Shown: one piece after another, positions 26,623 through 36,951 of the stretch
Layout: the number at the start of each line of letters is the position of its first letter
Position numbering within the stretch: position 1 is the stretch's first letter
Source of the DNA: Terriglobia bacterium
Lineage (GTDB): Bacteria; Acidobacteriota; Terriglobia; Bryobacterales; UBA6623
DNA: 64,000 nt
NCBI GenBank assembly: GCA_963824095.1
Contig: CAWGNS010000008.1
Span: forward strand, 1,231,200-1,295,199
Direction: 5' to 3'
Notes under the pieces: generated by a model
Seen by the model: only the letters and a program-made list of their open reading frames with translations
The model's database searches: none
What the model was told of the DNA's origin: nothing
Made by a program: the position numbers and the translations under genes

Positions 26623-29577
26623 ATGTACCATTTGCGCCACGAGGCGCCCTACATCGTGGGACTCGCGTTGTTGGGCGTGCTTTCCGGCTTGATTTTGGGA
26701 TTTCCTGGCCCTGGGCTGGTATCGAGGCCTGCGTCCGCGTCCGGACCTGGGCTGCTATCAAGCGCACCGCACTCCCATGCCCGCGCCTTGCGGGCGGCCG
26801 CGGCGACGGCGAACCCGCCGCTGTGGTTCGAGGACAATCGCGGGCAAACCGATCCGGCGGTCCGCTATCTGTCGCGCGGCCGGGGCTATGCGCTGTTTCT
26901 GACGCGAGACGAGGCCGTGCTGTCGCTCAGAAGCGCCGGGCGGTCGCCAGGCGCGCGCAGCGAGGCGCTGGGCCGCCATCAGGGCGAGGCGCCAGACAGC
27001 CAGGCCCGCGCGGGCGTGCTGCGCATGCAGGTCGCCGGGCGAACGAGCGGCGCCGAACTGCACGGCGAGCAGCCACAGCCGGGCCGCAGCCACTACTTTC
27101 TTGGCAAAGATCCATCACGCTGGCGATCGGGCGTGCCCCACTATAGCCGTGTCCGCCAAAAGGGTGTATACCCCGGCATCGACCTGGTGTACTACGGGGC
27201 ACGGGGCTCGCTGGAATTCGACTTTGTCGTCTCGCCGGGGTCTGACCCGCAACAGATCGAGCTACAGTTCGGCGGCCAGCGGTCGGTTTCCATCGACCGC
27301 GAGGGAGGGCTCGTTCTCGATGTCGCGGGAAGCCCGGTGCGGTACGAAAAACCCCTTCTTTATCAGCAGTATGGCGAGCGCCGGGTACCCGTGCCGGGCC
27401 GCTTTGAACGGCGCGGCCGCGATCGCATTGGCTTCGAAGTCGCCGCCAACTACGACCGCTCACGGCCGCTGATCATCGACCCGGTTCTGAACTATTCCAC
27501 GTTTCTCGGCGACACCGACGACGACCAGGGTGTCAGCATCGCCGTCGACGCGCAGGGAAACACCTACATCACGGGCACGACGCAGTCCAGCCATTTCCCG
27601 ACCACCGACGGCTCGGCGCAACCCCGCTTCGGCGGTCCCGACGACGACGTGTTCGTCACGAAACTCGACCCGAGTGGCGCGACGCTGGTTTTTTCGACCT
27701 TCCTGGGCTCGAACGAGAATGACCGCGGCCGCGCGGTCGCGGTGGGCTCCGACGGGTCGGTCTACGTCGCGGGCGAGACCAACTCCACCGACTTCCCGGT
27801 AACCCCCGGCGCCTGGCAGCAGGAATATGGGCGCGGCGGCCGCGACGCCTTTGTCGCCAAACTCAGCCCCGACGGCAGCCAACTGGTCTATTCGACATTT
27901 CTGGGAAGCGACGACGAGGACTGGGCAACCGACATCGCCGTCGACAGCCAGGGCCAGGCCCACGTGGTGGGTGGAACCAAATCCAGCAAATTCCCCACGA
28001 CCGTCCTTTCCCTGCAAACAAAGTTCGGCGGCGGCATCGACGCGTTTCTGGTCAAGATGAGGGCCGACGGATCGGGCGCGGTGTTTTCGACGTTCCTGGG
28101 CGGCGGCTCCGACGACGAGGCCCTGGCCGTCGCGCTGGATCCGTTCGACACCATCTACGCCACCGGCTACACCAAATCGGACAGCTTTCCGGTGACGGCC
28201 GGCGCCTTCCAGCCGGAAAGAGATTCCGACGAGGATGCCTTCGTGGTGAAGATCTTCGGCAACGGCGAGTCACTCGCCTATTCGAGCTTCTTCGGCGGCA
28301 ACGGCGCCGACTTCGGCAACGCCATCGCCATCGACAACGTCGGCAACGCCTACGTCAGCGGATCGACGCGGTCGAACGATCTGTTCCGCACCCCGCCCGT
28401 CTTTCAGAACGAGTACAACGGCGGCGGCGACGCCTTCGTGATCAAGGTGGTGGAATCGCCGCGGCTGCAGGTGCAGCGCATGACCTACGTGGGCACCAGC
28501 GAGGAAGACACCAGCAACGGAATCGTGGTCGCTGGCGACGGCAGCGTGACCATCGCCGGGCACACCAAATCGGAAGCTTTCCCGGTGACCGAGGGGGCCA
28601 TCCAGAGTTCGCTCGGCGGCGGCGACGGCGACGCTTTCGTGGCGACGCTCGACCCTTTGTTCCGGCAACTGGTGTTCGCGACGTATCTCGGGGGAGAGGG
28701 GCGCGACGAAGCTCGCGATCTCGCCCACGACACCGCCGGAAACCTGTACGTCACCGGCATCACCAGTTCGCGGGATTTCCCCGTAACGCCCGGCGCGCTG
28801 CAGCAGACCAAAAGCGACGGCGAGGACGCGTTCGTAGTGAAGATCAGCGACACCTTCTCGGTGACCAGCGTCTCGGCCGCCAGCTTTGCGCCCGGCGTGC
28901 CGGTGGCGCCCAATTCCATCGCTTCCGCGTTTGGACACGACCTGGCGCCGGCCGTCCAGGCCGCCAGCCTGCCGCTGCCTTCCGAACTGCTTGGCGTCCG
29001 CGTGAATGTCGTCGACAGTTCCGGCTTCAGCCGCTCGGCGGCGTTGTTCTTTGTCTCACCGCTGCAGATCAATTTTCTGGTACCGGAAGGGACCTCGCCC
29101 GGTGACGCCAGCGTCGAGGTCCGGCTCAACGGCGAGGTGGTAGCACGGGGAACCGTGACGGTGCGCACCGTCGCCCCGGCGCTGTTCGCGATCAACGCCG
29201 GTGGGAGCGGCGTCGCGGCGGGCCTGGTTACCCTGCAGCGCGGCGATGGCTCGCGCAGCACGCAAACCATCTACAACCCGAACCAGTTTCCGCCCAACAT
29301 CGAGCCCGTGCCGGTCAACATAGGCTCGGCGAACGATCAGGCGGTGCTCGTCATTTTCGGCACCGGGATTCGGGGAGCCGGAGGCGCCGCGAACGTCACC
29401 GTCTCGATCGATGGCATCGACCAGCAGGTGCTGTTTGCGGGAGACCAGATGGAATACGCCGGCCTGGACCAGATCAACATTCTGCTGTCTCCCGAACTGG
29501 CAGGCCGCGGGCTGCTGAACATGAACCTGAGCGCGGGCGGGCTGACCTCGAATACGGTGACCCTACTCGTGCAGTGA
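26623..29577 (+). CDS. Exported SBBP beta-propeller repeat protein with TIGR03437-type acidobacterial C-terminal domain
   Basis: FEDNRGQ/VYPGIDLVYY N-domain; repeats STFLG..D....IAVD..G..YV.G.T.S.DFP.T.GA; C-terminal VSAASF..VAPNSIASAFG...FVSPLQINF...GLDQIN; AGGAG RBS. Confidence 0.88.
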   Translation: MYHLRHEAPYIVGLALLGVLSGLILGFPGPGLVSRPASASGPGLLSSAPHSHARALRAAAATANPPLWFEDNRGQTDPAVRYLSRGRGYALFLTRDEAVLSLRSAGRSPGARSEALGRHQGEAPDSQARAGVLRMQVAGRTSGAELHGEQPQPGRSHYFLGKDPSRWRSGVPHYSRVRQKGVYPGIDLVYYGARGSLEFDFVVSPGSDPQQIELQFGGQRSVSIDREGGLVLDVAGSPVRYEKPLLYQQYGERRVPVPGRFERRGRDRIGFEVAANYDRSRPLIIDPVLNYSTFLGDTDDDQGVSIAVDAQGNTYITGTTQSSHFPTTDGSAQPRFGGPDDDVFVTKLDPSGATLVFSTFLGSNENDRGRAVAVGSDGSVYVAGETNSTDFPVTPGAWQQEYGRGGRDAFVAKLSPDGSQLVYSTFLGSDDEDWATDIAVDSQGQAHVVGGTKSSKFPTTVLSLQTKFGGGIDAFLVKMRADGSGAVFSTFLGGGSDDEALAVALDPFDTIYATGYTKSDSFPVTAGAFQPERDSDEDAFVVKIFGNGESLAYSSFFGGNGADFGNAIAIDNVGNAYVSGSTRSNDLFRTPPVFQNEYNGGGDAFVIKVVESPRLQVQRMTYVGTSEEDTSNGIVVAGDGSVTIAGHTKSEAFPVTEGAIQSSLGGGDGDAFVATLDPLFRQLVFATYLGGEGRDEARDLAHDTAGNLYVTGITSSRDFPVTPGALQQTKSDGEDAFVVKISDTFSVTSVSAASFAPGVPVAPNSIASAFGHDLAPAVQAASLPLPSELLGVRVNVVDSSGFSRSAALFFVSPLQINFLVPEGTSPGDASVEVRLNGEVVARGTVTVRTVAPALFAINAGGSGVAAGLVTLQRGDGSRSTQTIYNPNQFPPNIEPVPVNIGSANDQAVLVIFGTGIRGAGGAANVTVSIDGIDQQVLFAGDQMEYAGLDQINILLSPELAGRGLLNMNLSAGGLTSNTVTLLVQ

Positions 29578-29583
29578 CGCCTC

Positions 29584-29753
29584 GTAGCTCTGGGCCGGGT
29601 GGTTTTCCCAGCCCCGCGGCTTGTGCAGGGCTGCCACGGATTCACCCCGCGAGGTGGTGGAGTCCCGCGGCTTTTCACCGAATCCGGCTCGGCGCCGCTG
29701 TTTCCTCCGGCGAAAAGCCGCAGGTCTGGGAAATGCACCCAGCCTTGCGCTAG
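29584..29753. repeat. REPIN-like inverted doublet, GTAG family, copy 1 (degenerate)
   Basis: GTAGCTCTGGGCCGGGTGGTTTTCCCAGCCCCGCGG ... CCGCAGGTCTGGGAAATGCACCCAGCCTTGCGCTA. Confidence 0.75.
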
Positions 29754-29861
29754 GGGCGCTATCGCGGGGACGCTACGACGGCGCGAAAATCCGGGAAATT
29801 GGGGCGGCGAGCTGCTGACGACGCCGTATAATACAGAACAGTTTGCCGTGGAGGGCTCGCC

Positions 29862-31334
29862 ATGCTGACTATCCCTACGCGCAGTCAGGTTCGCTTGTGC
29901 GATGGTTCCAGCCGCCGGGAGTTTCTCAAGGTCGGTTCGCTGGGATTGTTCGGCCTGGGCCTGAGTGAATTTCTGGCCCTGCAGGACGCCGCTCGCGCCG
30001 CCGCGGCCGCAAGCCCCGCACCTCCCCGATTCGCCGGCGCGCAAGGCTTCGGCGCCGCGAAATCGGTGATCGTGCTGTTTCTGCAAGGCGGCCCGAGCCA
30101 CCTCGACATCTGGGACCCCAAGCCCGATGCGCCTTCGAACATCCGCGGCGAGTTCAAGCCGATCCAGTCGAAAGTCCCCGGCATCTGGCTCAGCGAGACG
30201 ATGCCCAAGCTGGCCGCCTCGATCAACCACTGCACGCTGATCCGCTCGATGAGCTACACGCCGGCCGGGCTGTTCAATCACACCGCGGCGATCTACCAGA
30301 TGCTCACGGGCTATCCGCCCGACAAGGTTTCGCCCTCGGGCCAGCTCGAGCCGCCCTCGCCGATCGATTTTCCGACCGCCGGCTCGTGGATCAGCAAGCT
30401 CAAACCGCCCACCGAGGCCGTGCTGCCGTTCGTCGAGATGCCGCGGCCCTTGCAGGAGTCGAGCGTCATCGGCAAAGGCGGCGCGGCGGGCTTCATCGGC
30501 AAGGCATTCGATCCCTACCGGCTTTACCAGGACCCCAACAAGCCCATCACGCTCGACGATCTCGAGCTGCGCAAGGAAACGCCGCGCGCCCGGCTTCAGG
30601 ACCGCTTCGATCTGCTCAAGGGCATCAACGGCTCGATGCCCGACCTCGAAAAAGCGGTGGAGAATTCGGCGCTCGACAAATACTACGAGAAGGCCTTTGA
30701 CCTGGTGTTGTCGGGAAAGGCGCGCGACGCCTTCGATCTGGAGAAGGAACCCAGCTCGGTGCGCGAGCAATACGGGCGCACGACGTTTGGCCAGGGAGCG
30801 CTGATGGCGCGCCGCCTGATCGAGGCCGGCACGCGCTTCGTGCAGGTGAATTGGCCGTCGGTTGCGAACGGCAATCCCGAGACCGACTCATTCGATACGC
30901 ACGCGGCGAACTTCGGGCCGCTCAAGAACCTGCACTGCCCGAAGCTCGATCAAACACTTTCGGCCTTGCTCGAAGACATGCACCAGCGCGGGCTGCTCGA
31001 TGAGACGTTGGTGTTGGCGGTCGGCGAATTCGGCCGTTCGCCGCGGCTGGGCGTGAGCACCTCGGGCAATTCCAACTCGCCCGACGGCCGCGACCACTGG
31101 CCCTACTGCTACACCGCGATGATCGCCGGCGCCGGCATCCCCGGCGGCCGCCTCTATGGCGAGTCCGACGACACCGCATCCTCGCCCAAGGAAAAGCCGG
31201 TGCATCCGACCGACCTGCTGGCGACGCTCTACTACGCGCTGGGCATCGACCCCGGCATGGAAATCCACAACCACCTCAACCAGCCGCGCGAACTGGTGAA
31301 AGGCAAGCCGGTTACGGATTTGTGGATCGGCTGA
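29862..31334 (+). CDS. DUF1501 family protein
   Basis: SRREFLKVG twin-Arg-like N-terminus, GGPSHLDIWDPKP, ARRLIEAGTRFV, GEFGRSP, GRDHWP. Confidence 0.9.
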   Translation: MLTIPTRSQVRLCDGSSRREFLKVGSLGLFGLGLSEFLALQDAARAAAAASPAPPRFAGAQGFGAAKSVIVLFLQGGPSHLDIWDPKPDAPSNIRGEFKPIQSKVPGIWLSETMPKLAASINHCTLIRSMSYTPAGLFNHTAAIYQMLTGYPPDKVSPSGQLEPPSPIDFPTAGSWISKLKPPTEAVLPFVEMPRPLQESSVIGKGGAAGFIGKAFDPYRLYQDPNKPITLDDLELRKETPRARLQDRFDLLKGINGSMPDLEKAVENSALDKYYEKAFDLVLSGKARDAFDLEKEPSSVREQYGRTTFGQGALMARRLIEAGTRFVQVNWPSVANGNPETDSFDTHAANFGPLKNLHCPKLDQTLSALLEDMHQRGLLDETLVLAVGEFGRSPRLGVSTSGNSNSPDGRDHWPYCYTAMIAGAGIPGGRLYGESDDTASSPKEKPVHPTDLLATLYYALGIDPGMEIHNHLNQPRELVKGKPVTDLWIG

Positions 31335-31358
31335 GGGTCAACAAGGCGGGTGGCCCCC

Positions 31359-32423
31359 CTAGGAAAACCGCACGACTTCGCCCGACGCCGCCGACTCGTA
31401 TCCGGCCAACGCCAGCCGTAGAACCTCACGGGCGTGCTCCACCGGCTGGTAGTCGAGCGGAACCTTACCGATCTCGCCGAGAAAGCGCTCCAGGTGCGCC
31501 GCCGTCGCCGACATGAATGCCGGCTGCGCTTCCTTGACGTACGCTCGCGAACGGCCGCCTCGTTCCTCTCGCGCTTCCCCACCGCGCACAAAACTGTAGC
31601 GCCCGGCGGGCCGTCCCAGCCGCCCCGACCATTCGATCGAGACCCGCGCCACGCCACCAAGCGATAGCCGCAGCGAAGCCTTCTCGCAGTCGAGCCGCAT
31701 CTCGAGATAGCGTTCCGGCGCGTGGCTCACGCGATTGAGCATGAGCGTAGCCAGCCGTTCGTCCGGAAAGCGCAGGCTCATCTGCACCAGCACGTCGGAA
31801 TCGTACTCGGGCCGCACCCGCGGCGTGTTCGCCGCCAGCGACACGGGCAGATCGTCCAGCAGAAAACAGATCAAATCCAAGGCGTGGGTCCCGAACTCGA
31901 ACAGCGTCGACTGCCTCAGCTCGCGCCGCCAAGCCACTTTCTCGTTCGCCGGCGGATGAAACATCTGCTGCCAGCACTGCACGGAGTAGAGACGCCCGAA
32001 ATCGCCGGCCGCCAGCCGTTCGCGCGTGCGGCGGTAAACCGCCATGTAGCGGTATTGGTTGTTGACGGCCACTAGGCGCTGCTCCCGCTTGGCGAAAGCG
32101 ATGACGTCATCCGCCTCTTCGAGCGACCGCATGAACGGCTTCTCGCAGAACACGTGGGCGCCGTGCTCAATCGCGAGACGGCACAGGGAATGATGACTGT
32201 CGGGGGGCGTGCCGATCAGAACCGCGTCGGGCTTTTCGGCGGCGATCAGTTCTTCGGCGTTCTCAAAAACGCGCCCCAGCCGATGCTTGGCCGCCATCGC
32301 CTGGCGCCTCTCCGGGTCCGACTCGGCCGCGCCGGCCAATTCGATACCGCTCAGCTTGCCGCAGGCAGGCAGATGGATGCGTTCCGCGACGCCTCCCAAG
32401 CCGATAATGCCGACACGAATCAT
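31359..32423 (-). CDS. Gfo/Idh/MocA oxidoreductase
   Basis: GIIGLGGVA, HVFCEKP, EFGTHALD. Confidence 0.88.
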   Translation of the reverse strand: MIRVGIIGLGGVAERIHLPACGKLSGIELAGAAESDPERRQAMAAKHRLGRVFENAEELIAAEKPDAVLIGTPPDSHHSLCRLAIEHGAHVFCEKPFMRSLEEADDVIAFAKREQRLVAVNNQYRYMAVYRRTRERLAAGDFGRLYSVQCWQQMFHPPANEKVAWRRELRQSTLFEFGTHALDLICFLLDDLPVSLAANTPRVRPEYDSDVLVQMSLRFPDERLATLMLNRVSHAPERYLEMRLDCEKASLRLSLGGVARVSIEWSGRLGRPAGRYSFVRGGEAREERGGRSRAYVKEAQPAFMSATAAHLERFLGEIGKVPLDYQPVEHAREVLRLALAGYESAASGEVVRFS

Positions 32424-32539
32424 GTTGCGTCACAGGGCGTTCCCCTGTCACAAGAGGATAAACGAAACAGTACGGGACGCGGAACGCCCGGTGGCGGACC
32501 ACGCATTAAACAACGGGGATGGTTGGGAAAAGCCGCGGT

Positions 32540-34636
32540 CTAGGGCTTGGTCGCGGCTTCCTTGGACTCGCTGGCCGCCGATGACACGCGGGTATCGAGC
32601 TGGTCCAGCTTTTCGCGAACCTTCTTGATCTCCTCGGGATCGCGGTCGGACTTGGGACCACGCTCCCACTCGTCCAGCGAGCGCTGCCAGTGCTCCTTGG
32701 CCTGGTCGTTTCTGCCGAGTTTGTAGTAGACGTCGCCCAGGTGCAGGTGAACGACCGGGTCGGTCTTGAACTGCTCCAGGGAACGCACCAGCAACCGCTC
32801 GGCGAGCTCGAAGCGCTGCTGCCGGTAGTAGACCCAGCCCAGGCTATCGAGGTAGGCGCCGTTATCGGGGTCGATGTCCAGCGCCTTCTGAATCATGTCG
32901 TGGGCGTCGTCGATGCGCTCGTTCCGGTCGGCCAGCATGTAGCCCAGATAGTTGAGGGCCGCGGCGTTGTCAGGATCGATGGCCAACACCTGGTTGAACT
33001 TCTTTTCGGCTTCGTCGAAGCGCTTGGCCCGCTCGAGCACCGATCCGTAAACGAACCAGACGGCCATTTTTTCAGAGTCGGTCCTGGCCAGCTTCTCCGC
33101 CTTCTCGGAGGCCTCGACACCTTTGTCGAACAGCTTGCCCTTTTCGTAGATCTGCGCCAGCGCCAGGTAGGTATCGCGGTCCTGCTCGCCGCCGTCGAGC
33201 TGTTTGCGCAACAGCGCCGCGCCGGCTTCGGCGTCGCCGGTCTCGGCCAGCACGGTGGCCCGCATCGAAACCACGGGGCGGCTCTTGGGAAACTCCTCGA
33301 CGGCCGCCTTGGAGCGCTCCAGGGCCTTATCGAAATCGCGGCTATAGCGATAGGTGTCGATGATCTGCACCAGCGCTCGTGGCCGCGCGTCCTCGTCCAT
33401 CTCCGCCATGGCGCCGAAGGCCGCGATGGCAGCGTCGGGATGATCCTGCGTACGATTCAAGATGCCGAGCTGCTCCTCGAGGCTGGCACGCATGCGCTTC
33501 TCGGCCGGCGAGTAGTGGTCCTTCTCGGTGTCTTTGAGCAACTGCGCCAGGGCGTCGATCGCCTCGGCCGATTTGCCCTCGCTCTCGAGCAGCATTACCA
33601 GGTTGTACTTGATCTCGAGCTGCATCTGATCGGGCGCCAGCTCGGCGGCCTTTTGCAGGCTCTCGCGGGCCTCGTCGAAGCGCCGCTTCTCGCGGTAGAT
33701 CTGCGACAGCCGCAAGTAATTTTCGGCGTTTTTGGGGTCGGCGCCGACCAGGATCTTGTACTGCTCCAAGGCCTCGTCGTAGTTGCCCGCCATCAGCAGG
33801 CTGTTGGCCAGTGCCTGCCGTGCCCGCACGGAGTTGCCTCCACCGCCGCTTTCATCGACCAGCTCGCGATAGATCGCGGCCGCCTTGGCGTTTTCGCCGC
33901 CCTGTTCATAGGCTTGCGCCAGACCGGCCAACGCGCGCTGGTCGGCCTGACCCAGTCCGCGAACCTTCTCGAACTGCTCGATGGCCCGCTGCGGGTCGCC
34001 CATGTTGAGGTAGAGGAACCCCAGGCTGGTCAGCCCGCGCGAGGATTCCGGATCGATGTCAAGCAGCTTCTTGAGAACACCTTCGGCCTTGGAGGGGTTC
34101 TGCGCGGCGCTGTAGAGCGCGGAGAGCTGCAGCAGCGATTCTTCGTCCTTGTCGTCGATCTGCAGAATCTGCTCGTACTGCTCGATGGCGTTGTTGAGCA
34201 TGCTCTGGTCGACGCTGCCGCGTGGGTCAAACGCGTACTGGGCGTAGAACTTGCCCAGCATGCGGCGCACTTCGATATTCTTGGGATCGTCGGAGAGGAG
34301 TTTCTGCGCTTCGGCGACGGCGTCATCGAGGCGGTTGAAGCTGGCGTACAGCTCCACCAGCTTCAGCCGGATGTAGTCCGACTCCGGGTCGGCCTTCATG
34401 GCGGCCTGGTATTCCTCGATGGCGCGGTTGAGGTACTCGCGGCGCATGTGCTCGGCGGCGAGTTCCTGGTAAAGGTGAGCCAACGTGTAGTGGTAATAAG
34501 CGCTGGCACGATCCGGTTGCGAAGCCGTTTCGGTGGCGCTCTGGGCCGCGGCGGGTAAGACCGCCGCCACGCACAGAGGCAACAGGATCAGCGCGATGGA
34601 GCGTCGGCGCGGCTGGCTGTGAAGTACTGCAATCAC
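32540..34636 (-). CDS. Exported tetratricopeptide-repeat protein
   Basis: Signal peptide, AYYHY start, TPRs ending ALNYLGYMLAD...YLDSLGWVYY...HLGDVY. Confidence 0.9.
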   Translation of the reverse strand: MIAVLHSQPRRRSIALILLPLCVAAVLPAAAQSATETASQPDRASAYYHYTLAHLYQELAAEHMRREYLNRAIEEYQAAMKADPESDYIRLKLVELYASFNRLDDAVAEAQKLLSDDPKNIEVRRMLGKFYAQYAFDPRGSVDQSMLNNAIEQYEQILQIDDKDEESLLQLSALYSAAQNPSKAEGVLKKLLDIDPESSRGLTSLGFLYLNMGDPQRAIEQFEKVRGLGQADQRALAGLAQAYEQGGENAKAAAIYRELVDESGGGGNSVRARQALANSLLMAGNYDEALEQYKILVGADPKNAENYLRLSQIYREKRRFDEARESLQKAAELAPDQMQLEIKYNLVMLLESEGKSAEAIDALAQLLKDTEKDHYSPAEKRMRASLEEQLGILNRTQDHPDAAIAAFGAMAEMDEDARPRALVQIIDTYRYSRDFDKALERSKAAVEEFPKSRPVVSMRATVLAETGDAEAGAALLRKQLDGGEQDRDTYLALAQIYEKGKLFDKGVEASEKAEKLARTDSEKMAVWFVYGSVLERAKRFDEAEKKFNQVLAIDPDNAAALNYLGYMLADRNERIDDAHDMIQKALDIDPDNGAYLDSLGWVYYRQQRFELAERLLVRSLEQFKTDPVVHLHLGDVYYKLGRNDQAKEHWQRSLDEWERGPKSDRDPEEIKKVREKLDQLDTRVSSAASESKEAATKP

Positions 34637-34984
34637 AAGGCCTCCCCTTTCCGTGGGTAAGACACACTACTGTTAGTTTGAGTATAGCCCGAATCTATGA
34701 GAGGGTGCCCGCGCATGGGTGACGTCGCCGTTTGATTTCAACTACATTCCGCGGCGCGGCGCCTCGGGCTTCGAGCGTGGTTTCCAATCGACGAGACAAT
34801 CGGGCGGGCCACCGGCTGCGCTGAATGGCAACCTTAGGAAGCAACCGTTGACACGGCTGCGGCGCATTCCCATGCCGCGCCAAAAGTTCCGGCTTCGCCG
34901 ATCCAGACCCTCCCTACCGAGGTGAGGCCTCTCGTGGGCGCGGTATTGCTCCTCGTGGCCGCGGTATTGGTAAAGACGCGGCCC

Positions 34985-35983
34985 TCAGTCGTCCGGTTTC
35001 GAGCTGCCCGGCGCGGACAGAGGGGCTCCAGGGCGATGGATCGGCGGCGCGGCGGTCCGCGCCAGGTGGTCTGGCGCTGTCGCCAGCTCGGGTTGCGACT
35101 TCCAGCGACGGTGAACCCACAGCCACTGCTCGGGATGCTCGCGGATGACGCGCTCCAGCAAGCTGTGGCAAAGCTGCGTGTTGTCTATCAGATCGCGATC
35201 CGGGTCCCCGGAATCGCGCCACTCGATCGGCGGATAAAACTTCAGCACATAGCGGCCCACCTCGGGGCGCCACAACGCAAAGCCGGGAATGACCGCCGCT
35301 CCGCTGCGCTGCGCCAGTTTCACGAAGGCGCTGCCGGCGCTGGCCGGGCGCCCGAAAAAATCAACAAACACGCGGTCCTGGTCGGTGGTGTTCTGGTCGA
35401 TCAGAATGCCCACCGCCTCATTGTTCCGCAGCGCCCGCAGCACCTTCCGGCCGGCGTCGCGTTTGACGATGGTCCGGTTGCCCCCCAGGCGGCGGGAACG
35501 GTCCACCAGGCGATCGAGCCAGGGGTTATCGAGCGGCCGCACCATCACGTGCATGGGGTTACCGAACAGGGCGTGGGCGGAGGCGCTGAGCTCCCAGTTA
35601 CCCAGATGAGCGGTCATGAATAGCACGCCGCGGCCTTTCCCGATAGCCTGTTGATAGTGCTCGAACCCGTCGTATTCGACCCAGCCGCCGATATTGGCCG
35701 GCGTCAGCCGGGGCAGGCGCGCCACCGAGAGGATCACCCGCCCGAGGTTTTCGTACACGCCCCGCAGGATCTCGGCCCGCCGTTCCGCGGGAAGCTGTGG
35801 AAAGGCTGCCGCCAGGTTCTCGCGGGCGATCGAGACCCAACGCGGCGTCGCGATGCGCAGCAGGCGGGCCAGGGCGGCGGCGAGCAGCCGCGCGGCGGGA
35901 AGGGGCAGCCAAGCCAGGGCCTGCAGCAGCGGCCAGGCCAGGGCATACTCCAGGGCGCTGCGCGCCGCACCATGTTTGGCCAT
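34985..35983 (-). CDS. lpxL: Lipid A biosynthesis lauroyl/acyltransferase (LpxL/HtrB family)
   Basis: TAHLGNWE, ILIDQN, VDFFG, PEQWLWVHRRWK. Confidence 0.9.
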   Translation of the reverse strand: MAKHGAARSALEYALAWPLLQALAWLPLPAARLLAAALARLLRIATPRWVSIARENLAAAFPQLPAERRAEILRGVYENLGRVILSVARLPRLTPANIGGWVEYDGFEHYQQAIGKGRGVLFMTAHLGNWELSASAHALFGNPMHVMVRPLDNPWLDRLVDRSRRLGGNRTIVKRDAGRKVLRALRNNEAVGILIDQNTTDQDRVFVDFFGRPASAGSAFVKLAQRSGAAVIPGFALWRPEVGRYVLKFYPPIEWRDSGDPDRDLIDNTQLCHSLLERVIREHPEQWLWVHRRWKSQPELATAPDHLARTAAPPIHRPGAPLSAPGSSKPDD

Positions 35984-36166
35984 CGCCGTTTTGAATCGCC
36001 CCCCTTGCTCCGGCGTTGCGCCAGAGCCTCTTCACTGTACGAAATCCGCCCCAGCGGGCGGGAACGCCGACCGGCTGTCGCCCCCGCTCAGGGCGTTGGA
36101 AACTTGAAACCCGCCACCGCCGCGGCGCACCCACTATCTAGAGCAAACCCGGCAAAGGAGGCCGTC

Positions 36167-36892
36167 ATGCATCTTTCGAAACGATCCCGGGCTCGACTGT
36201 TGCTGCCCCTGCTCCCGCTCGCGATGGTTTGTCTCGCCCAGGCCCAACCGGCATTGCCGGAATCCGGCTCCGGGCGCTTCGTACGCGCTTCGGGAAGCGC
36301 CAGCATCGCGGTGAAACCCGACCAGGCCGAGATCGATATCGGTGTCGTGAGCGAGGCGAACACGGCAAAAGCCGCCGCCGCCGCGAACGCCACCGAGACG
36401 GCTAAAGTACTTGAACAGTTGAAGAACGCGGGGGGCTCGAACGCGGAGATCCGGACGCTGAGCTACTCCGTTTCGCCGCGCTACCGGCGTGATTCGCAGG
36501 GCGCCGAGCCCGAGATCGTGGGCTTCACCGCCAGCAACACGCTGCACGTCAAGCTTCAGGAATTAGGCAAGGTCAGCGAGCTGATCGACGCCGCCACCGA
36601 GAGCGGCGCCAACCAGATTCACGGCATCCAGTTCACGCTGCGCGACGAGAAGGCGGCGCGCGCGCAGGCGCTGCGGCAAGCTACGCGAGACGCCATGGCC
36701 GGCGCCGAAGCGATGGCCGCCGGCGTCGGCGCCAAGCTCGGCAAAGTCCACTCAGTCGAAGAGCAGGGCTCGACGCCGATCCAGCCCATGCGCATGATGG
36801 CCATGGCCGAATCGCGAGCCGCGCCCACGCCGGTCGAGCCGGGCACCATCGAAATCCAAGCCTCGGTAACCGTCACCGTCGAGCTGGAATAG
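36167..36892 (+). CDS. SIMPL (DUF541) periplasmic protein
   Basis: AAGGAGG RBS, signal peptide, VKPDQAEI, SGANQIHGIQF, PVEPG.IEI.ASVTV. Confidence 0.88.
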   Translation: MHLSKRSRARLLLPLLPLAMVCLAQAQPALPESGSGRFVRASGSASIAVKPDQAEIDIGVVSEANTAKAAAAANATETAKVLEQLKNAGGSNAEIRTLSYSVSPRYRRDSQGAEPEIVGFTASNTLHVKLQELGKVSELIDAATESGANQIHGIQFTLRDEKAARAQALRQATRDAMAGAEAMAAGVGAKLGKVHSVEEQGSTPIQPMRMMAMAESRAAPTPVEPGTIEIQASVTVTVELE

Positions 36893-36951
36893 GCAACTGG
36901 TGGCGCGGGCCGTCCGACAGCCCCGCAACCCGGGGCGCCCGCCGGTAAGCC

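Noticed and set aside
34931..34969. 21-bp-period tandem repeat CTCGTGG(G/C)CGCGGTATTG
   Set aside because: Only two units with no spacer; simple local duplication, not CRISPR.
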